NCBI GenBank assembly: GCA_964016885.1
Contig: OZ024764.1
Coordinates: 12,834,001 to 12,898,000, forward strand
Direction: 5' to 3'
Length of the DNA: 64,000 nucleotides
Source: Eledone cirrhosa
Lineage: Eukaryota
The notes below the pieces were generated by a model. That model searched no databases. It was not told where the DNA came from and saw nothing but the letters and a program-made list of their open reading frames with translations. The translations under genes were made by a program, and so were the position numbers. How positions within the stretch are numbered: the stretch's first letter is position 1; the number at the start of each line of letters is the position of its first letter. This document shows positions 56,862-64,000 of this stretch, piece after piece.

Positions 56862-57841
56862 CATATATATATACACACACACATATATACATATATATAT
56901 ACATATATATATACATATATACATACATATAGACACACACACACATATATATACACACACACACATATATACATATATATATATACATATATATACCCAC
57001 ACATGCATATATATATACATATATATATACATATATACATATATACATATACACATATATATATACATATATATATACATATATACACATATATACATAT
57101 ATATATATATATACATACATGTATACATACACATACATACACTTACATATATACATACATACCAACACAGACACATACACAAGCACCAACACACAGACAC
57201 ATGCATGCATATACTCACATTACACACACATACACCTACACACACAATCACATACACACACAAACACACATATATACACATACACACACAAATATCAGCA
57301 CACAGACACATACCCATACATACGCCTACACATGCATACACACACATACATATATACACATACACACATAAAGACAGACACACACCCACATATACACACA
57401 AGCACACACACAACAACCACCAACCCCACCACCACCACCACCACCACCACCACCAACAACAACAACAACCACCACCATCAACAACATCAACCACCACCAC
57501 CACCACCACACCACCACCACCACTACCATCAACCACACCACCACCACCACCACCACCACCACCACCACCACACTACCAACAACATCAACCACCACCACCA
57601 CCACCACCACACCACCACCACCACTACCATCAACCACACCACCACCACCACCACCACCACCACCACACTACCACCACCAACAACATCAACCACCACCACC
57701 ACCACCACACCACCACCACCACCACCACCACCACCACCACACCACCACCACCATCAACCACCACCATCTCTGTGACAACTAGGGAATAGAACTGCTGCCT
57801 CAGCATATTGTAGTAACATACAGCATGGCTAAAAATATACA

Positions 57842-58054
<213 letters not shown>

Positions 58055-58059
58055 GTGTG

Positions 58060-58099
<40 letters not shown>

Positions 58100-58100
58100 C

Positions 58101-58175
<75 letters not shown>

Positions 58176-58341
58176 TATATATATATATATATATTCGTAA
58201 ATAAATACATACATATACATTCATAAATATATACATATGTATATATACATAGATATATACATATATATATATAATATATATATTCCTAAATACATACATA
58301 CATATACATTCATAAATACATAGATACATACATACATATAA

Positions 58342-58410
<69 letters not shown>

Positions 58411-58829
58411 CATATATATATGTATGTATATATATATTTATGAATGTATACATATGTATATATATACATATATATATACATGTGTATACATTCATAAAAA
58501 TATATATATATACATATATATACATAAATATATACATACATATTGAAATACATATATATATATGTACACACATAAGCTCACTCATATATACACACACAGA
58601 CATACACATACATACACATACACACACACAGACACACTTATAGCGAGCCACAAAAAAAGATATGCAAAGACATAAAACACACACACATACACACAAATGT
58701 ATATACACATATATATATATATATATATATATACACAAACACACATACAGAGCCATAAAAAACATACGCAGTCATAAAAACACACACACTCGCAAATCTA
58801 TATACACATGTATACAGTTATATACACAC

Positions 58830-58969
58830 ACATATATATATATACAAACTCACACACACACATATATATATATATATACACACAAAGTCACACATATACA
58901 CACACACACATATATATATATACACACAAACACACACAAACTCACACACACATATACACACATACAAAT

Positions 58970-59016
<47 letters not shown>

Positions 59017-59029
59017 AAGTCACACATAT

Positions 59030-59060
<31 letters not shown>

Positions 59061-59229
59061 CACACACAAACACACACAAACTCACACACACATATACACA
59101 CATACAAATACACACACATATATATATATATATATACACACAAAGTCACACATATACACACACACATATATATATATATATATACACAAACACACACAAA
59201 CTCACACACACACATACACACATACAAAT

Positions 59230-59268
<39 letters not shown>

Positions 59269-59281
59269 AAGTCACACATAT

Positions 59282-59322
<41 letters not shown>

Positions 59323-59403
59323 AACACACACAAACTCACACACACATATACACACATACAAATACACACATATATATATATATACACACAAAGTCACACA
59401 TAT

Positions 59404-59448
<45 letters not shown>

Positions 59449-59537
59449 AACACACACAAACTCACACACACATATACACACATACAAATACACACATATA
59501 TATATATATATATATACACACACAAAGTCACACATAT

Positions 59538-59570
<33 letters not shown>

Positions 59571-59619
59571 CACACACAAACACACACAAACTCACACACA
59601 CATATACACACATACAAAT

Positions 59620-59650
<31 letters not shown>

Positions 59651-59793
59651 CACACAAAGTCACACATATACACACACATATATATATATATATATATACA
59701 CACAAACACACACAAACTCACACACACATATACACACATACAAATACACACATATATATATATATATATATACACACACAAAGTCACACATAT

Positions 59794-59826
<33 letters not shown>

Positions 59827-60065
59827 CACACACAAACACACACAAACTCACACACACATATACACACATACAAATACACACATATATATATATATATATA
59901 TACACACACAAAGTCACACATATACACACACACACATATATATATATATACACACACAAACACACACAAACTCACACACACATATACACACATACAAATA
60001 CACACATATATATATATATATACACACACAAACACACACAGACACAAATATATATATACACAAAC
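58830..60065. repeat. Higher-order repeat built from (TA)n/(CA)n modules, ~120-bp unit, about 10 copies
   Basis: Anchors AAAGTCAC, AAACTCAC and ACAAATAC recur in fixed order. Confidence 0.9.
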
Positions 60066-60591
60066 ACACATTCCGAGCCACAAAGTCATAAAACACACAC
60101 ATACAAATGGATATACACCTATACATACACACACATATATACATACATATGCACATCAATACCCCCACATACACACACACACACAGACACGTTTTTTGTG
60201 ATCTGCCGAGCTGTTCCAGTGATTAGCAGGCAGGTGGTGGTGGTGGTGGTGGTGGTGGTGGTGGTGGTGGTGGTGGTGGTGGTGGTGGTGGTGGTGGTGG
60301 TGGCGGCGGTGGTGGTGGTGGTGGTGGTGGTGGTGTTGATTGGGTGGGTTGGTGTTGGTAGTGGTGGTGGTGGTGGTAGTGGTGGTGGGTTGGTGTTGGT
60401 AGTGGTGGTCACGGTGGAGGAGAAGGGAGGCTTTGAGGGTGGATGGTGTGGGGTGTTCAGATATGCAGTTGATATGCACTTTAGTTGCACAATGCTATAC
60501 GAGGGAGACTTTGAAATGCTGCAACAGTGCTGGTTATATATATATATACATATAATCAAACAATTTGATTAGTACCTACTGTATTGCAGCT

Positions 60592-60642
<51 letters not shown>

Positions 60643-60646
<4 letters not shown>

Positions 60647-61040
60647 AAAGTTTTATTTAAAATTGTTGGGTTACAACAAGTAAATATTTTATAACTGATA
60701 TAAAGCACTCAACAAGTTTTGGAGTAGATATACGATATTAAACAAATGGGAACTATATTTATAAAACCATATTTATTTCATTATACATATTTCGGGGATA
60801 CCATATTAAAAATATGGCATGCCTTCTTCAGATAAAATACAATATATAAACAGTTTTATAAATAATTTTGACGTACCATAAATATTGATCAACTTTTATG
60901 TAAGAACTTCTTACATAAAACTGTTTATATATTGTATTTTATCTGAAGAAGGCATGCCATATTTTTAATATGGTATCCCCGAAATAGGTATAATGAAATA
61001 AATATGGTTTTATAAATATAGTTTCCATTTGTTTAATATC

Positions 61041-61043
<3 letters not shown>
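60643..61043. mobile_element. Family A inverted pair with two hammerheads (60772-60845 -, 60930-61005 +)
   Basis: CTGAAGA core, long stem II (atgccatat/atatggtat), GAAA, stem I TATTTTAT/ATGAAATA; (TA)n on both sides. Confidence 0.8.
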
Positions 61044-61116
<73 letters not shown>

Positions 61117-61266
61117 AGGTGAGTTTTATAGTAGCACAATAAAGCAATGCAAATTACATTACATAAAAACAAACTTAAACACTAACTAATTCTTCTAAAT
61201 TCATAACTCATCCACTCTTCTACTTCTTTTCACATTATATCCTTAATAACATACATATACATATAT

Positions 61267-61309
<43 letters not shown>

Positions 61310-61311
<2 letters not shown>

Positions 61312-61774
61312 GTAATAATAATAAATTTGAAGACTAAAATTCAAAGAGGGCTCGATAAGGATAAATATATATAAAATATATAAGAACCGTAGAGCATTGC
61401 GTGCAATTGTTCTCCCTGCTCCACTTATGACGTATTATCTTCGTTTTTTCCGTTCATTGCCAGAGAACGTCTCTATGAACAACCTAAGAGAATATTAGTC
61501 TACGACCTCTTTTATACCATAAACGTGGTTCTGTCTTTGCGTATAATTGTTTTTCACCGCTCCAAATAATGACGTATTATATTCGTTTTTTCCTGTTCTT
61601 TGCCAGGGAACGTTTCCACGAACCAAAGTATCGTCTTCCTGTCTTCCTCAGGTTGCAACGTTTTTTGAAATATTCACTTCTGTGTTCACAGATTGACTTT
61701 GTTAGTTTCAGAAGATCCCGTTAAGGGTGAAAGCAGCGATTCTTTGCTTAAACTTTAATCTGTTATTTTAAAAA

Positions 61775-61775
<1 letters not shown>
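61310..61775 (+). mobile_element. Family D element: inverted tail, 300-bp body and variant hammerhead (61689-61762)
   Basis: AGTTT-CAGAAGA-tcccgttaagggt-GAAA-GCA..TGC-TT-AAACT; ends in (TA)n. Confidence 0.7.
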
Positions 61776-61857
<82 letters not shown>

Positions 61858-61982
61858 ACTATCCAGGTATATAGGTATATAGAGAGATAGATAAGTAGAA
61901 AGACAGATATGAGCATATAGATAATGAGATACAGTGATACTGTGTACCTATTCGTGAAATCTGGATAATCACTACCAATATT

Positions 61983-62045
<63 letters not shown>

Positions 62046-62517
62046 CAGTCAGTAGGCACCTCTAACAAAATACACCCCCATCCCACTAACCCCACCCCAT
62101 CCACACCACCCCTTCAATGTAAAGTTATGTTGGGACCACAACATCCAGCCCGAAACAAATGAGGTTGTGTAGGTGTCACGACAAAAAAACACACAGTCCA
62201 CGCTGTAATGTGGCCGTGTAGGTAACACGGTAAAAGCCTCCCAGTTCCACACTGTAAATGTGGTTGGTGTTAGGAAGGGCATCCAGCTGTAGAAAACCCG
62301 CCAGACAGTCCACGCTGTAATGTGGCCGTGTAGGCAACACGGTAAAAACCTCCCAGCCCCACACTGTAAATGTGGTTGGTGTTAGGAAGGGCATCCAGCC
62401 GTAGAATACACAAATAAGTTGGCCTTTGTCTCTCTCTCTCTCTCTCATCTGTGAGTCTCTCTCTCTCCCTCTCTCGTCTGTGTGAGTCTCTCTCTCCCTC
62501 TCTCTCGTCTGTGTGAG

Positions 62518-62563
<46 letters not shown>

Positions 62564-62726
62564 GGTGTAGTACTGTGTATATGTATATGTATGTGTGTTT
62601 ACATATATATATATACATACATATATATATATATATACATATATATATATGTACATACATATATATATATATATATACATATATATGTACATATATATAT
62701 ATATATATATATACATATATATGTAC

Positions 62727-62757
<31 letters not shown>

Positions 62758-62851
62758 TATGTACATATATATATATATATATACATATATTTGAACATAC
62801 ATATATATATATACATATATTTGAACATACATATATATATATACATATATG

Positions 62852-62887
<36 letters not shown>

Positions 62888-62923
62888 CATATATTTGAAC
62901 ATACATATATATATATATATATG

Positions 62924-63081
<158 letters not shown>

Positions 63082-63082
63082 C

Positions 63083-63115
<33 letters not shown>

Positions 63116-63144
63116 CATATATATATACATATATATATATATAC

Positions 63145-63227
<83 letters not shown>

Positions 63228-63228
63228 C

Positions 63229-63266
<38 letters not shown>

Positions 63267-63439
63267 ATATATATATACATATATATATATACATATATAT
63301 ATATACATATATATATATACATATATATATATACATATATATATTTATATATATATATAGGAACGAGTAGGACCCCGACGGCTGAGCTCAAGCCGTTTCG
63401 ACGGCTAATTCTGGACTAAACCTTACCACATTTCCTTCG

Positions 63440-63483
<44 letters not shown>

Positions 63484-63504
63484 GTGTCTATATATATAGA
63501 TATA

Positions 63505-63570
<66 letters not shown>

Positions 63571-63609
63571 CATACATAAATATATATATATATATATGTA
63601 CATACATAA

Positions 63610-63663
<54 letters not shown>

Positions 63664-63900
63664 CTATATATATAGATATATACATACATATATACACACA
63701 TATATATATATATCCCTACTCTATCTCATCTCCCACATAACTTCTATCCTATCTTCTCTGACAATTTTTCAATTAATTTAAACTTTTTTCATCTCTTTTT
63801 GCGTTTTTTTCATCAACCGATTATTATCTCCACTTGATTAACCCATGATGGTGGCGCTAGGGTTGTTAGGGGCTGTTGTAATGATGGGAGAGGGATGGGT

Positions 63901-63963
<63 letters not shown>

Positions 63964-64000
63964 CCTATATATATCTAATGATAAGAAGGAAGATTATATG

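Overview
Eukaryotic, very repeat-rich genomic DNA, most likely from an octopod cephalopod (inferred from the tRNA-head SINE families with CORE and RTE-type tails, RTE and L1/Tx1 fragments and massive (TA)n, (CA)n and (GGT)n tracts). The only protein gene I recognise is the 5' part of an STPG2 (sperm-tail PG-rich repeat 2) orthologue on the minus strand, with coding exons at 37342-37234 and 25226-25111 and probable 5'UTR exons upstream. Nearly all long ORFs in the track are artefacts of micro/minisatellites, including an 8-kb 32-bp array and a 2.5-kb 10-bp array. The most interesting signal is a set of at least five unrelated short non-coding elements that sit in (TA)n tracts. They share one architecture: a direct arm ending at a fixed TA-like point, plus an inverted arm carrying an extra tail. 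Three of these families carry a type-I hammerhead ribozyme fold (canonical or variant core) and a fourth carries its 3' half; a further isolated minimal hammerhead lies at 2271. These look like Penelope-like pLTR or retrozyme-type insertions and cluster at 41.5-45 kb, 48 kb and 60.6-63.4 kb. All coordinates were read by eye, so repeat boundaries are approximate.
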